A DNA stretch of 63,327 nucleotides, filler included, from Octopus bimaculoides (GCF_001194135.2; 7 parts of 7 records of this genome joined end to end with filler, not necessarily neighbours in it), one strand, 5' to 3'. Positions 1-12,205 are shown, counted from the whole stretch's first letter. Translations and numbers: made by a program. Notes: a model not told the origin generated them from the sequence alone.

Positions 1-39
<39 letters not shown>

Positions 40-60
40 ATAATTAATAGAAAAAAAAAC

Positions 61-262
61 AGAGAAAAAGGACAACAAGAAAAAAACAACAACGCGAGAT
101 CGTGGTACATGCGAAGTATTAATAAGACGCTCAAGGAAGGAAAGAAAGGTTGTTTTATGTTTCGAGCAAAGCTCTTCTTCAGAAACAGGAGACAGAGGAA
201 AGTCTAAGAGAAAAGGAAGACGGAGGAAAAAGATTGCCAACAATCTACACGTGCTTACATTT
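61..262 (-). mobile_element. Penelope-like terminal (pLTR-like) remnant carrying a hammerhead-like motif
   Basis: The minus strand aligns by eye with 47040-47211 (cttcc-gagcgtc-aataa...ttgttgttttt) and contains CTGAAGA...CGAAAC. Confidence 0.55.
151..187 (-). ncRNA. Minimal type I hammerhead-like motif
   Basis: Minus strand TGTTT-CTGAAGA-A-GAGC TTT GCTC-GAAA-C-ATA-AAACA: perfect 5-bp stem I and 4-bp stem II. The triplet is AUA, probably a CpG-decayed GUA. Confidence 0.6.
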
Positions 263-264
263 AT

Positions 265-429
265 ATATACGACTGGTTTCTTTCAGTTTCCGTCTATAAA
301 AACCACTCACAAAGCTTTGGTTGGCTTGGCGCTATAGTACAAGACATTTGCCCAACGTGCCACGAAATGGGACTGAACCCAGAACCACGTGGTTAGGAAG
401 CAAGCTTCGTACAACACAGCCACACCTGT
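265..429 (-). mobile_element. SINE family C, 5' half
   Basis: Reverse complement of the head of the full copy at 37271-37698 (ggctgtgttg...ggttcagtccc...gaaactgaaagaa). Confidence 0.8.
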
Positions 430-984
430 GAGTGGATTGCTTTTTGTAGCATGTTGAGCGATCATGTGGAACTTTTCCCAGTCATCTACTTTTGCGACCC
501 ATTCTGATCAATCAATAAACCACCAAGACCTTTTTTTTATAAAAAAGATTTAAATAAGAATCATTCCCAAAACATTGACACCTGATAAATTTTTTTTGGG
601 GAAAATTTTCCTCATTTTCACTTCTTCAGTAAATATTGTTTTCTAATTCCTCTGCTTTATCGTATAGCATATTTATGAATATTCTACGTTTTATCAAATT
701 TTGAAAAGCTAGAGATTGTATCTTTGCTATATTCCCAGAATTATTCTGCGACTACTAGGGACAAGAGGCTTGGCGATACTTGTTTTGTCGCTCGTTGTTT
801 TTTTGTTGTTGATCGAAGGAGTTGGCGCAACTATCAGGTTGCCAGATAAAATCGTTTGTTTCTTTCCAATGTTCGAATTTGCACGAAAAATATTTTCATT
901 GTAGTGTTTAATGTTTTATTTTTGTTGTTCTATTATTCCTCTACAACTTTCGTTGAATAAATTTTGCTTCTATTCAGACATACG

Positions 985-1972
985 ATGAAAGAGTACCAAG
1001 TAGAACAAATGGGTATCTTCGACACCCGCCATTCTTCGCTTTCAATCAAGAGTTCATACTCAGAAAAGCCAATCGAGTCATTAGTGCTGTGTACAGAGAG
1101 AGCAGTATTGCTGAAAGAACTGCACAGAAATGGTTTCCAGTCCCTCCTCAAGGAGAAGGAATTCGATCCCACAAACTCATGGCGTTCCGGCCGACGTGTT
1201 TAATTCGATGAGGATCGATTGAGTACGTTCATCCATGAAGATGTTCACCAGTTCTCTATGAAATTGGGCCAGCAGATGGGATGCTATCATGATAAAACCA
1301 GCCGTCATTTTCACTCGATGGCTAAAGTCCAAAATTTCAGTGCATGAATGTTACATGCTCTGAAAGAAATAGACAAACTCCAGCGCTCCTCTATCGCCAT
1401 CAATTTGCATGCTGGACCTCAAGATACTGATAGACACAAAGATTTCTTCACCGCATCGTTACCAGTGATGAAACATGGTGTCTTTACGTCAATATGAAGT
1501 AGAGGAAAGAATGTCTGAGTCCCGACAAGAAAGCAAACACCCCAAGCCAAGCCATGCAAGACAATGACCAGCGATTGGTGGGATAAGTAATAGCTTATCC
1601 ACTTGAAAACAACTACATGGTCAATGTAGAGCTTTACACTGCTCAAATCCATCCACTCAACGAGGCAATCCAGCTTAAACGAGCCACCCGTCTTCTTCCT
1701 CAACACATTAATTTGGTCACTAATTTGACCAAAAATGCTATTCAAGAACTTGTTTGGGAAGTTCTACAACACCCACCGTATTCACCTGATGTAGCGCCTG
1801 CAGATTAATTACCCTTTTCGGTCGCTCTTTAAAAGTGCGAGACGTGTTTTCAACAACAACGTGGAGCTAAAAACGTGGCTTGAATTCTTTGAGCCAGGGC
1901 TGGGTGCTGTCTATCGTCAAGGCTTCAACAAACGTTAGGAAGAAGTGAAAGACAATAAATTATTGACTGTAA
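985..1972 (+). mobile_element. Degenerate mariner transposase
   Basis: Frameshifted peptides MKEYQVE, RIVTSDETWCLYVNMK* (first catalytic D) and WEVLQHPPYSPDVAPAD* (third D). WVPHEL is decayed and HDNARPH is deleted; multiple stops. Confidence 0.9.
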
Positions 1973-2616
1973 ATCACACAAATGACATGTGTAACATAAT
2001 GAGGCAAACAAGTGACACTCAAACGAATAAAGCGCGGAGTCAGATAAGTGAAGGCACGTAGCTGAAAAGTCTAGAAATATAAGCAAAAAAGAAAAACAAG
2101 AAAAACTGAAGAAGTGTACAATGAAGATAAATACGTCAAAGAAACAAACAGGATAATCTGACATTTAGAGTGATAATCCTTAGAAAAGAAGAAAAGAAAT
2201 AGGATGAAGAGGGACAAGAAAAAGAGAAAAAAATATTGAAAGCAAGACGTTTACATGATAAAGCTGAGTGTGGAATATAATGACTGGAAGTAAAGACATA
2301 ATCTGGATGAGAGTGGGATTAAGAGAGGAGAAAGGGATCGAATGAAATATTTATTAATGCTTGTTTTTATTTGAAACTAAGTAGGAGAATAATTTACATC
2401 AAACTGAAGGATTACACAGCACTTTTTAGTAGAGTATATATATAAATGTTTACGAGTAAAAGGTTGACGGACATTGCTGTGTGGCTAAAAAGTTCGTTTC
2501 GCAGCTATATGGTCTTTGGTTCAGTTCCATTGCGTGGAAACTTGCCCAAGTATTTTCTACAAAAGCCTCTGGCCGATTAATGCCTTGTGAGTTGATTCGG
2601 TAACTATGTGAGAACC

Positions 2617-2662
<46 letters not shown>

Positions 2663-2989
2663 GTCTGTCTGTCTGTCTATACACAAACACACATAAATGT
2701 ACGAATATTTTTGTGTGCGTGCCAGTTTGTCTAGTTGTTATTCTGTCTGTGTCTTTTGTTCCACAAGATAAACCGATAGAAGAGATGTCAGACTTAAGAA
2801 AAATAAGTAATGGGGTTTATTTGATTGACAGAACCCTTCAAGGAATTGCCCCAGCATGGCCTCAGTTCAGTAAGACATATCTGTGTATTTATATACACAT
2901 ATAAGAAACAACATCAACAGGGGAGAACAACAGCAGCGATTAAGCTCGTGAAAGAAGAAAAGCCAGTGAGGACAGCATAACAGGACAAA

Positions 2990-3400
2990 TAATCTATTAC
3001 ATGGGACCCAATCATGGGATATGAAAGTGAACCGGGGCTGGGGAGACTGCAGTCTCCCCAGGTCATCCAGGTAACCATCAGGTTAGACGTAGTCTTGTGG
3101 TCTGAAAAGGCAAAGGAAATAGTCTTGATCGAGTTCGCAGTTCCGTGGAAAGAAGGGTATGATCAGGTCTTCGAATAGAATATGCCAAATACGATACGAG
3201 GTTTGCAAGGAGAAGAAATGACAGTCATGACTTTTGCCGATCTAGGTTGGCTGTTGGGAATTTCCAGCCCAGTCAGTATGGAGGATACTTACTGCCATTG
3301 GAATGAGAGGAAAAGAGCGAAGCGACGCTGTACTCAGGATCGGAGAGGCAAAACAAAGAGCATCTTGGTTATGGAGCAAGAGAGGAGTTAAGCTGGAAAC
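2990..3400 (+). mobile_element. 3' end of a REL-endonuclease non-LTR retrotransposon, HERO-like
   Basis: Peptides TIRLDVVLWSEKAKEIVLIEFAVPWKEG and GCWEFPAQSVWRILTAIG...ASWLWSKR resemble the RPD.V.WS...LIELTVPWEE and AS.WLW.KR motifs; stops and frameshifts present. Confidence 0.7.
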
Positions 3401-3496
3401 CAGGAGAAGATAGTGAGCAGGGATTTGGCCGCTTCTGCTGATCCACTTATAGGAGGGTGTTACGATTTAGGATCAAAACATTCGATGATTATCGGA

Positions 3497-3692
3497 TACT
3501 GGTTGAATCGTTAGCACGCCGAGCGAAATGTTTAGCGGTATTTCGTCTGCCTCTGCGTTCAGATTCGGCCGAGGTCGACTTTGCCTTTCATCCTTTCGGG
3601 GTCGATAAATTAAGTACCAGTGAAACACTGGGATCAATGTAATCGACTTAACCCCTCCCAAATTCCAAGCCTTGTGCCTATAGTAGAAACAA
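3497..3692 (+). mobile_element. SINE family B
   Basis: Shared core gaggtcgactttgcctttcatcctttcggggtcgataaattaagtacc and tail gccttgtgcctatagtagaaa. Confidence 0.85.
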
Positions 3693-4254
3693 TTAACACA
3701 ATGAACGCATATATTGTTTCTATTCATCGCTGGAAATCTACTTGTTTTCACATTTTTGAAACTCAGTTTCGCTCCAATTATTTTATTTCGTCTGCATCTC
3801 CATGTTTCTTGATTCAATCACCGATAGAATTCCGATGCACAATTCTGCTTCCAACGCTTTTCTCATTCTATTTCTACTCGTTCTCCAAGAAGCACTAGAA
3901 AAATGACATTGTCATCGTATTCTCTTCTCATCGTAATCAGAACTATTGTCTAAAATATTCTTTCTCCTATCTTCCCTTTTCATTCATTTTCGAGTAAATA
4001 TTGTCCATTTTTCTGTATTTTTCTGTTAAAATAATTTCTTAAACAATCTTTCTTGTAATTTTGTTATAAAAGCATCAGGTTTTATTATTGATACTTCTAC
4101 ACATTCTTGTGAGTTTTCCGACAGTCCTTAGCTCAACGCTTTATGAAATCCGCCATTTTGCCTGACTCGCGTAAGTCTTTTTTTCCGTTTAATTCCTAGA
4201 ACCCATAATAAGGATATTGCTTTCCAAATATATTTTATCCTTTTTGGCATTAGC

Positions 4255-4431
4255 GTGCGGCCATGTTTGAAGTTTTTAGCTGAACGAGTCGGTCCCAGTA
4301 CTTTTTTTAAAGCCTGGTACTTACTCTGTCGATGTACTTTGCCGAACCTCTAAGTTATTGGGACGTAGACACACCAACATCGGTTGTCAAGTGTTGGTGG
4401 GGGACAAACAAAGAAACAAAGACACACATAG

Positions 4432-4479
<48 letters not shown>

Positions 4480-4742
4480 ACACATATATATTAAAGTAAG
4501 CACATGAATATGAAACTAGGTGGGAAGAAATAGTACTCGAGTACCGGAGGTAGAGTAAGATGGTTTACCATTAAAGCTGCAAAAACATCACAAAAAATCT
4601 GTTACTCAGAGTTACGAATGGGAACGTGAAACTCTGAGTAACAGTTTTTTTGTGCACTTGTCCAAGGTGCTAGATAGGGGGACTGGACCCGGAACCATGT
4701 GGTTGGGAAGCAAGCTACATACCACACAGCCACCCTTGAGCC

Positions 4743-4783
<41 letters not shown>

Positions 4784-4942
4784 TTGTCACCCCACCGTCA
4801 CTTGACAACTTAGCGGTTTGGCAAAAGAAACCGATAAAATAAGTATTAGGCTTACAAAGAATAAGTCCTGGGGTCGATTTGTTCGACTAAAAGGCGGGGC
4901 TCCAGCATGGCCGCAGTCAAATGATTGAAACAGATAAAAGAA
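4255..4942. mobile_element. Nested SINE family C pieces (minus 3' half 4255-4430, minus head 4655-4742, plus 3' half 4785-4942) with microsatellites and a Penelope-like insert at 4495-4652
   Basis: Each piece aligns with 37271-37698. Confidence 0.75.
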
Positions 4943-5035
4943 CCTTGTTTTAGTTACATATTGCACAAGCATGAGAAGCAATGAAACCTTTTTTATGTGC
5001 AAGACAGGGGAATTATTCTCAAGAAATTCTTTTCT

Positions 5036-5244
5036 AGTCTAGGCACAAGGCCCGAGTTTTTTTTTGTGGGGGAGCAGTCGGTTAGATGGACGCCAGTACG
5101 CAACTGGTACTTTATTTATCGATCCCGAAAGGATAAAAAACAAAGTCGACCTCGACGGAATTTGAACTCACAACGTAAAGACCGACAAAATACCGCTCGG
5201 CATTTCGCCCGGCGCGCTAACGATTCTGCCAGCTCGCTGCCTTA
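5036..5244 (-). mobile_element. SINE family B, near full length
   Basis: Reverse complement of taaggcagcgagctggcagaatcgttagc... with the conserved core. Confidence 0.85.
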
Positions 5245-5962
5245 TTACTCTCAAGAAATCGAAGGTGATCACTCGCGTTCGAACAGGAATGTGGGATCAG
5301 GAGTTTGGCACAAAAGTTAGACTAAAAAAACACTCGATTATATAAAATAGGATTGAATATAAAAATATTACCAAGAAGGAATTGGGGAGACGGATTGGTG
5401 GTAATGGTGGTGGCGCACTGGTATTGCTACGAGTTCTTTTGCGCTGGAAGTTTGCATATTCACTCGAGGTGTTACAAGTTATCTATATAAACTGCCGAAC
5501 CTATGCAGGTGTTCAACTCAACAAGAGAGAGATATTTGATAAAAAAAACACACGCACACACAGAGTTAGACGATGTCGTATCTCACTAAATTTGAGTGTT
5601 TTTACGTTGGCGGTATAAAAAATGAATGACGACAAACAGAATAAGCGAAAAATTGATTAGTTTTCCAGGTGGTAAAATGCAGTGCACTGAACTGAATTGA
5701 TATCTCAGGAAATTATAATTTAACTCGTAAATAAATTAAGACAAGAAATAGTCTCACTGCGTGGGTAAACATAGTTACTATGATCACGAAAATATTTTGT
5801 TACGGAAAAACCGACAGACAGAACCACTTTTAAATACTTGTTAGTAGAAATTGTTTTATGCATAATACATTTCTATATTTAAGAGATGAGGAATTATTTA
5901 CATTATTTACATTATTTACATTTGACGGAGTTAATAGCCCACGCTCTTAACCACTACGCCAT

Positions 5963-6006
5963 ATGCCTGATGAAGTCTGGAGGGTATATCAGCCGAAACG
6001 TTGTGT
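5963..6006 (+). ncRNA. Minimal type I hammerhead-like motif
   Basis: ATGC-CTGATGA(5967-5973)-A-GTCTG...CAGCC-GAAA(5995-5998)-C-GTT-GTGT; palindromic AACGTT stem III. Confidence 0.5.
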
Positions 6007-6278
6007 TAGCAACAAACAAGATGAGGACAAATATCCGTCAAATGTAAATAATGTACATAATTCCTCATCTCTTAAATATAGAACTGAAAAATGTATTACT
6101 GCTGGTAGAAATAGTCTCTCTGCGTGGTAAAACGTAGTTACTATGATCACAAAAAATATTTTGTTACGGACAAACCGGCACACGGAATCACTTTTAAATA
6201 TTTGTTAGTAGAAATTGTTTTATGCATGTTTGACTGTGTGTCATGACGTGGGTATACACGTCTGGTGTAAAATGGTAT

Positions 6279-6663
6279 TGGAAGCGCAATGGCCTAATGG
6301 TTAGGGCAGCGAATTCGCGGTCGTAGGATCGTGGGTTCGATTCCCAGACCGGGCGTTGTGAGTGTTTATTGAGCGAAAACACCTAAAAGCTCCACGAGGC
6401 TCCGGCAGTGGATGGTGGTGAACCCTGCTGTACTCTTTCACCACAACTTTCTCTCACTCTTTCTTCCTGTTTCTGTTGTACTTGTATTTCAAAGGGGCCA
6501 GCCTTGTCACACTCTGAGTCACGCTGAATCTCCCCGAGAACTACGTTAAGAGTACACGTGTCTGTGGAGTGCTCAGCCACTTGCACGTTCATTTCACGAG
6601 CCGGTTGTTCCGTCGATCGGATCAACTGGTATCCTCGTCGTCGTAACCGACGGAGTGCCACGA
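6279..6663 (+). mobile_element. tRNA-derived SINE family A, full length with 11-bp TSD
   Basis: A box TGGCCTAATGG (6290-6300) and B box GGTTCGATTCC (6334-6344). TSD TAAAATGGTAT at 6268-6278 and 6664-6674. The tail recurs at 58922-59030. Confidence 0.85.
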
Positions 6664-6825
6664 TAAAATGGTATACAAATAAATAGTTGGTTGTGGTTAT
6701 CTAAAAATAACTTATTGCAGAAATACATGTTAACACAGAGACGCACTCCGTACTACTCGAACGCAAGTTCAATACTTGGTATTCACTGTTGAACTACTGA
6801 CTGTTAATCCAACACGCGTCGAACT

Positions 6826-7108
6826 TTTCTACACTAGGCACAAAACAGACAAAATATCGCTAAACATTTCGCCCGGCGTGCTAACGTTTCTGCCAGCTCG
6901 CCATCTTTTAAAGAAGGCCCGAATTTTTTTGGGAGGGGCTAGTCTATTAGATCGACCCCAGTACGTAACTGGTGCTTAATTTATCGATCCCGAAAGGATG
7001 AAAGGCAAAGTTGACCTCGGCGGAATTTGAACTCAGAACGTAAAGATAAACGAAATACCGCAAAGCATTTCGCCCGGCGTGCTAACGTTTCTGCCAGTTC
7101 GCCACCAT
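6826..7108 (-). mobile_element. SINE family B with a duplicated head segment
   Basis: catttcgcccggcgtgctaacgtttctgccag occurs twice and the core is present once. Confidence 0.8.
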
Positions 7109-9208
7109 CTAAGATTTTCCTAACCCAAACAAACGAATGCTACGTGTAATGCTAAATTTCGTAAGACATTTGAATAACGGCATTATTGCCCCAAATCCTA
7201 GGGGTGGGGCCAATGCATATTCTATTGTTAAAGTTAATTCCTTACTTGTTGAGGGAGGTGGTTTCTTTATTTCATTATAACGCCAACTATTTATCGGGAG
7301 TAGTCTTTAATCCTAATCCTAAGATTAGAATCTTATGTCGGGTAAATAAGTCGTTTTGTGTTAAGTTTAGTGATATGAACAGAGTAGTTGTCTTCATTAA
7401 CTTCTCCTTCTTGTAAGTTTATTGTGGTGCAGGATAAGGATTGGGCAATTCGGGTTTCATTTAGATGTTTGCGCATTAATTTATAGATCAAACTGCCCTC
7501 TGTGCCTGTGGTTGTGCTTCTATCATTGTTATACAGTGTAGATAATTATTAAAGTTTATTATTGCAATAATACTTAGTGACTTTGTATGTTATCTTCTTT
7601 GAACGAAGTGAAAGAAGGGGAGAAAGAGATAGCGCCAACATTAATGTTCACTAACAACGAAACTTTCCAGTCTCAGAAATTTGGTATTCTCGAAACCAAA
7701 TTAATTACGTTTAGTATAAATCTAAATTCCTTTATAAATGTCGAGGTTTAATTCCAATGAATTAAGATAAAAGAATGATTGTTCTAAGTAATGTAGTCAT
7801 CAATCAATAATGGCAAGATTTCGATTTCCAAGAAGGCGCATCCTATTATATAAGAAGTCAATTGACTATAGATAATCTACTTGCAAGTTATTTCTTTATA
7901 ATCTTCTAAACGAATCTTAAAATTGAAACAACACCCATATAAAATCGGAATCTTACAAGTTAGAGAACATCTGTAAAGAGATCAGAACAACATTTGACGT
8001 CTGCAGCCAAACGCTGGCTTTGTAGGTGTCTACATTGGAAATTTAGTTTCAATGTAGTGTTACGGATCAATGAGAAGTACGGAAAGACCTTACAGCTCTT
8101 TCCGTTTGGTAACCTATTACAAAAGCGAATCCGTTATGGCACACAAATTTCGGTCAGCCTAACCAATCTTGAATTCAGTGGTTATGCTGTTATCCTGGCT
8201 TAAAGCAAGGGATAAGTACATGCGAACGAATCGCCGCTTTGAATCATTAACACAAAAGAGAGAGATTAATACAAAGTGGCGTTATGTCTTTTACCGTAAA
8301 TCGATTATTGAGAATAAGTATACAAATCATTCTGATATTTATAGATCTAACTTTCGTTTGGGGTAGTTATTTAGCTTGAAATATACCATCAACAATATTC
8401 ACTTTCTTTAAAGGAAAAGAAGGAAAATTAATAGAATATAATCACTATAAGAGATAATCGCCAGAATTCGAAAAGACTACATCAGCAAAAATCAATAAAA
8501 TAAAAAGAAAAAGGAAAAAAAGTAAGTATATTAACGTGTCGATAAAAAAGAAAACAAAACATTCATAAAGTTTAGAACATAACCACTTATTGGAGAGTGA
8601 CGGGTTTATTCCAAAAAGCACTCTGTGTCAAATGGTAAAATAATTCTTTCTCTCATTGCACATAAACATTCTTCGCGTTTTGCTTTTTACGAAAGTGAAA
8701 TGTATCTGAAAATATAAGATAAATGACTAAATGCGAAAACGCCGTATTTTGCAGAAGCTTTATCTTTTAATCCTTTGCCATTACCAGAATGCTAGCGTTC
8801 CATAATTCGGTAGAGGAGTGTTTCTCAGTTTGCTGTAGAAAGAAAAGAGAGCTGTACGTTTTTAGTTATGAGCTTTCACAGGCGTAAAACATTGAAGATG
8901 AAACATGCACGGATCAAAGCACTAAGGACTAGCAGCGGATGCACCACCACCACCTCTACTACTACTACTACTACTACTGCATTTATTTGTTACCAGAGGG
9001 TCAAAACACGACGTGTGTTGGGGAAGGGAAAAAGATGTTATATAATAAATATAATATAATATAATATAATATAATATAATATACTATATAATATAACACA
9101 GGCGCATGAATGACTGCGTGGTGAGAAGTTTGCTTCTCACCGAACATAGTTCGGGTTCAGTTATATTGTGTAGCATCTTGGGAAAGTGTCTTCTACTACA
9201 GCCCCGGC

Positions 9209-9246
<38 letters not shown>

Positions 9247-10139
9247 GCATATAAGGAAAATAAGACAAGGTAGAAAATGCTAAAATAATTTTAGCATGAA
9301 ATACATTTTGTGACGATTAGGACCGGTTTCTGTCTTTTCGACTTTTTCAACTAAGAGTAAAACAAAGGTGGATATTAATTAAGAAGAAAACAATTAAATT
9401 GAAGAAAAAATTAAATGAAATATTTTGTAAATATTTCCATAGTCTTCAAATAGGTAGGACATTTTTCTTTCTCTCTCCCCTCCTTTCTCTCTCTCTACCT
9501 ATATATATANNNNNNNNNNNNNNNNNNNNNNNNNNNNNNNNNNNNNNNNNNNNNNNNNNNNNNNNNNNNNNNNNNNNNNNNNNNNNNNNNNNNNNNNNNN
9601 NNNNNNNNNNNNNNNNNNNNNNNNNNNNNNNNNNNNNNNNNNNNNNNNNNNNNNNNNNNNNNNNNNNNNNNNNNNNNNNNNNNNNNNNNNNNNNNNNNNN
9701 NNNNNNNNNNNNNNNNNNNNNNNNNNNNNNNNNNNNNNNNNNNNNNNNNNNNNNNNNNNNNNNNNNNNNNNNNNNNNNNNNNNNNNNNNNNNNNNNNNNN
9801 NNNNNNNNNNNNNNNNNNNNNNNNNNNNNNNNNNNNNNNNNNNNNNNNNNNNNNNNNNNNNNNNNNNNNNNNNNNNNNNNNNNNNNNNNNNNNNNNNNNN
9901 NNNNNNNNNNNNNNNNNNNNNNNNNNNNNNNNNNNNNNNNNNNNNCTATTTATTTATCTGTCTTCCTCTATCTTTCTATCTATCCCTCTATCTACCTATC
10001 TATCTTCTTACCCATCTCCCCCTCTCGCTCTGCTTCTTTCTGTTATTCTAACTTCTACTTCACTGCTATACACTCCTGTCTCTTACTCCTTGTTCCACTT
10101 CCTCCCTCCACCATCCTCTCTGCTCTCGTGTGACCTGTG

Positions 10140-10460
10140 GTCAACTTTCTTTTCACTCCAGCCGCTGTGAAGGCAAGACGAACTACTAGCGTTCTACATC
10201 AGATTCGCGTTTGGCCGTACGGCTTTTTTATGTTGGTTTCACTGTCGAATTTTTCCTGTCTTGGTTTACGTTTGCCACCTTGGAATCCTCTGTTTAGTGG
10301 GTTGATCTACTACTCATGAAGAGACTATTCTAGAGTACGTTATGCCTTATCTTCGAAACGTCTAGTTAGAATAGAGGCAGCTGATGAATAATTCCAAGTG
10401 GCTTTCTGTTTTCCTATGTGTTCGTTCCGTTGTCTGTAGTTCATTGTTCTAACGTCCTGT
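10140..10460 (+). mobile_element. Penelope-like terminal remnant with a hammerhead-like motif at 10306-10370
   Basis: TCTACTA-CTCATGA...TCTTC-GAAA-C-GTC-TAGTTAGA; stem I can pair and the core has one mismatch. Confidence 0.5.
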
Positions 10461-10578
10461 ACCCTGATATGCATCTATATACACATGTAGATGTAAGTAT
10501 ATACATATATGTGTGTATACATGCATATATATATATATGCATGTATTGGCTAAACTGGCAATATGACCATCCCCAAGT

Positions 10579-10619
<41 letters not shown>

Positions 10620-11858
10620 CGAATCTAGCGCTCAAATGATTCGAACTTAGACTCCGATGTCTTTACGAGGGACCAATTCCACGGGGTAAAGAGTGGCTAT
10701 AAGACTAATCCAGGTGAGCAGATATGGAAACAATTATCCGGATTATCCACATAATCGAGTCCTCAGTGACAGACATCCGGTCGCATCATAACAGCCATCA
10801 ATCTCCCATGAATGATATGTAGATTACCAGCGTCCACTCAGGCACTGATGCCGTTAATAGCTAGTAGGCTATTGGTATTAATACTACTTCGGTGGCTATT
10901 AATTTTTTTTAATAAACCCACTGGCTATTTGAGACATTTATATACATCGTTGACGGGAGGTTCGGCTGTTATGATGTGTCCCAATGTCGGTCACTGAAAT
11001 GCCACAAAGAAGCCAAAATCACGTGTTCTGGCAGTTCCGGCGGCCATCGTAGACGATTTTTGCCTATCAATGATATAATTACGTGTGTTTCTATTCACCA
11101 CGAGTCCGTATGAAAGATCCTCTCAAAATAAATAACGCAGTAGTGTGTGTTAATGACACAACCTCCGCTTTAAGTTGGAGATCAAGATTGCCCTTTCTAA
11201 ACTGTACATAGTTTTTCTTTTGGATCCTTGTGAATTCAGAGCCTTTTCTATCCTCTTAAAGGCATTCCACTTGGGTTCACCTCCAGCAATGGTCTTTCTA
11301 GCCTTCATTTGCTTCTCATCCTCGCGAGCGAATTGAATATTACTAGAAGCTTCGGTCTTGTCAGATTTTGGGAGCGACAATACTTTGACCGACGCCATAT
11401 GAGGCCTGCTGTTGTTGTTGATGGATTTGCTGACGTTTCATTGGTTCGTTGTTGATATTTATTTTCAGCCAAAGTTAGCCCTGATCCAGCCGATCTATGA
11501 CCAATGACATTCCAGCCGTGACCATTTCATTTTTTTTATTCAGACTATTTTACTCAAAGTAATCTTCCTTTTAAAAGCGTGTGTGTTTTGAGGGAAATTT
11601 TGGTTGATATTTCTAGCAGCTAGTGTCCTTGCAAAGGAGGAGGAGCACACTCTATAGTTTTAAAAAGGAATGAGAAACAAAAGTTCTGAGTTCGAATAAA
11701 ATCCTCTTCTATGTCTACATTCGATGGCGACAGGAAATAAAACTAGTCAAAACGTAGAGTAAATGCAAATGTTAAAATACTTCCGAATTTGTAAAGAGGA
11801 GATTATGAACCCGAAAAGAAAATTGCAATCATAATAAAAGTAACTCAATCATTTAGAC

Positions 11859-12205
11859 ACGTGGTTCTCAACTGAGGTCCATATGGCTCCTTAGCGGTCC
11901 ATATAAAATTTTTTGGGGCCCACGCAAGCAAAATATTAAATTGGGGACACACAATAATATATTAAGGGCCAATGATAAAGTTTTGTTTTAGATGTATTTG
12001 TTACAAGAAACAGAATTCTTTCTCTCACGTTTACATAGTTCAACCTCCACAAGTTAATGTGTGAAAAATAAAAATAAAAGGAATTTTGAAAGAAATTATC
12101 TATAAAACTAGTTTTAAAACATCGAAAAGTTATGGGGATCCATCAGAATAGAATAGTAATTACAAGGGGTCCACAGGTAAATAAAAAAAAGGATGAGAAC
12201 CACTG
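11859..12205. mobile_element. Non-autonomous hAT (Charlie-like) MITE
   Basis: TIRs acGTGGTTCTCA / TGAGAACCACtg and an 8-bp TSD ATTTAGAC at 11851-11858 and 12206-12213, close to the Charlie NTCTAGAN preference. Confidence 0.85.

Noticed and set aside
7130-8400. Non-repetitive-looking stretch with coding-like minus-strand frames
   Set aside because: Many stops and no recognisable motif; probably old TE debris but not assignable.
11150-11398. 82-aa minus-strand ORF resembling LINE sequence
   Set aside because: No diagnostic RT or endonuclease motif could be identified.
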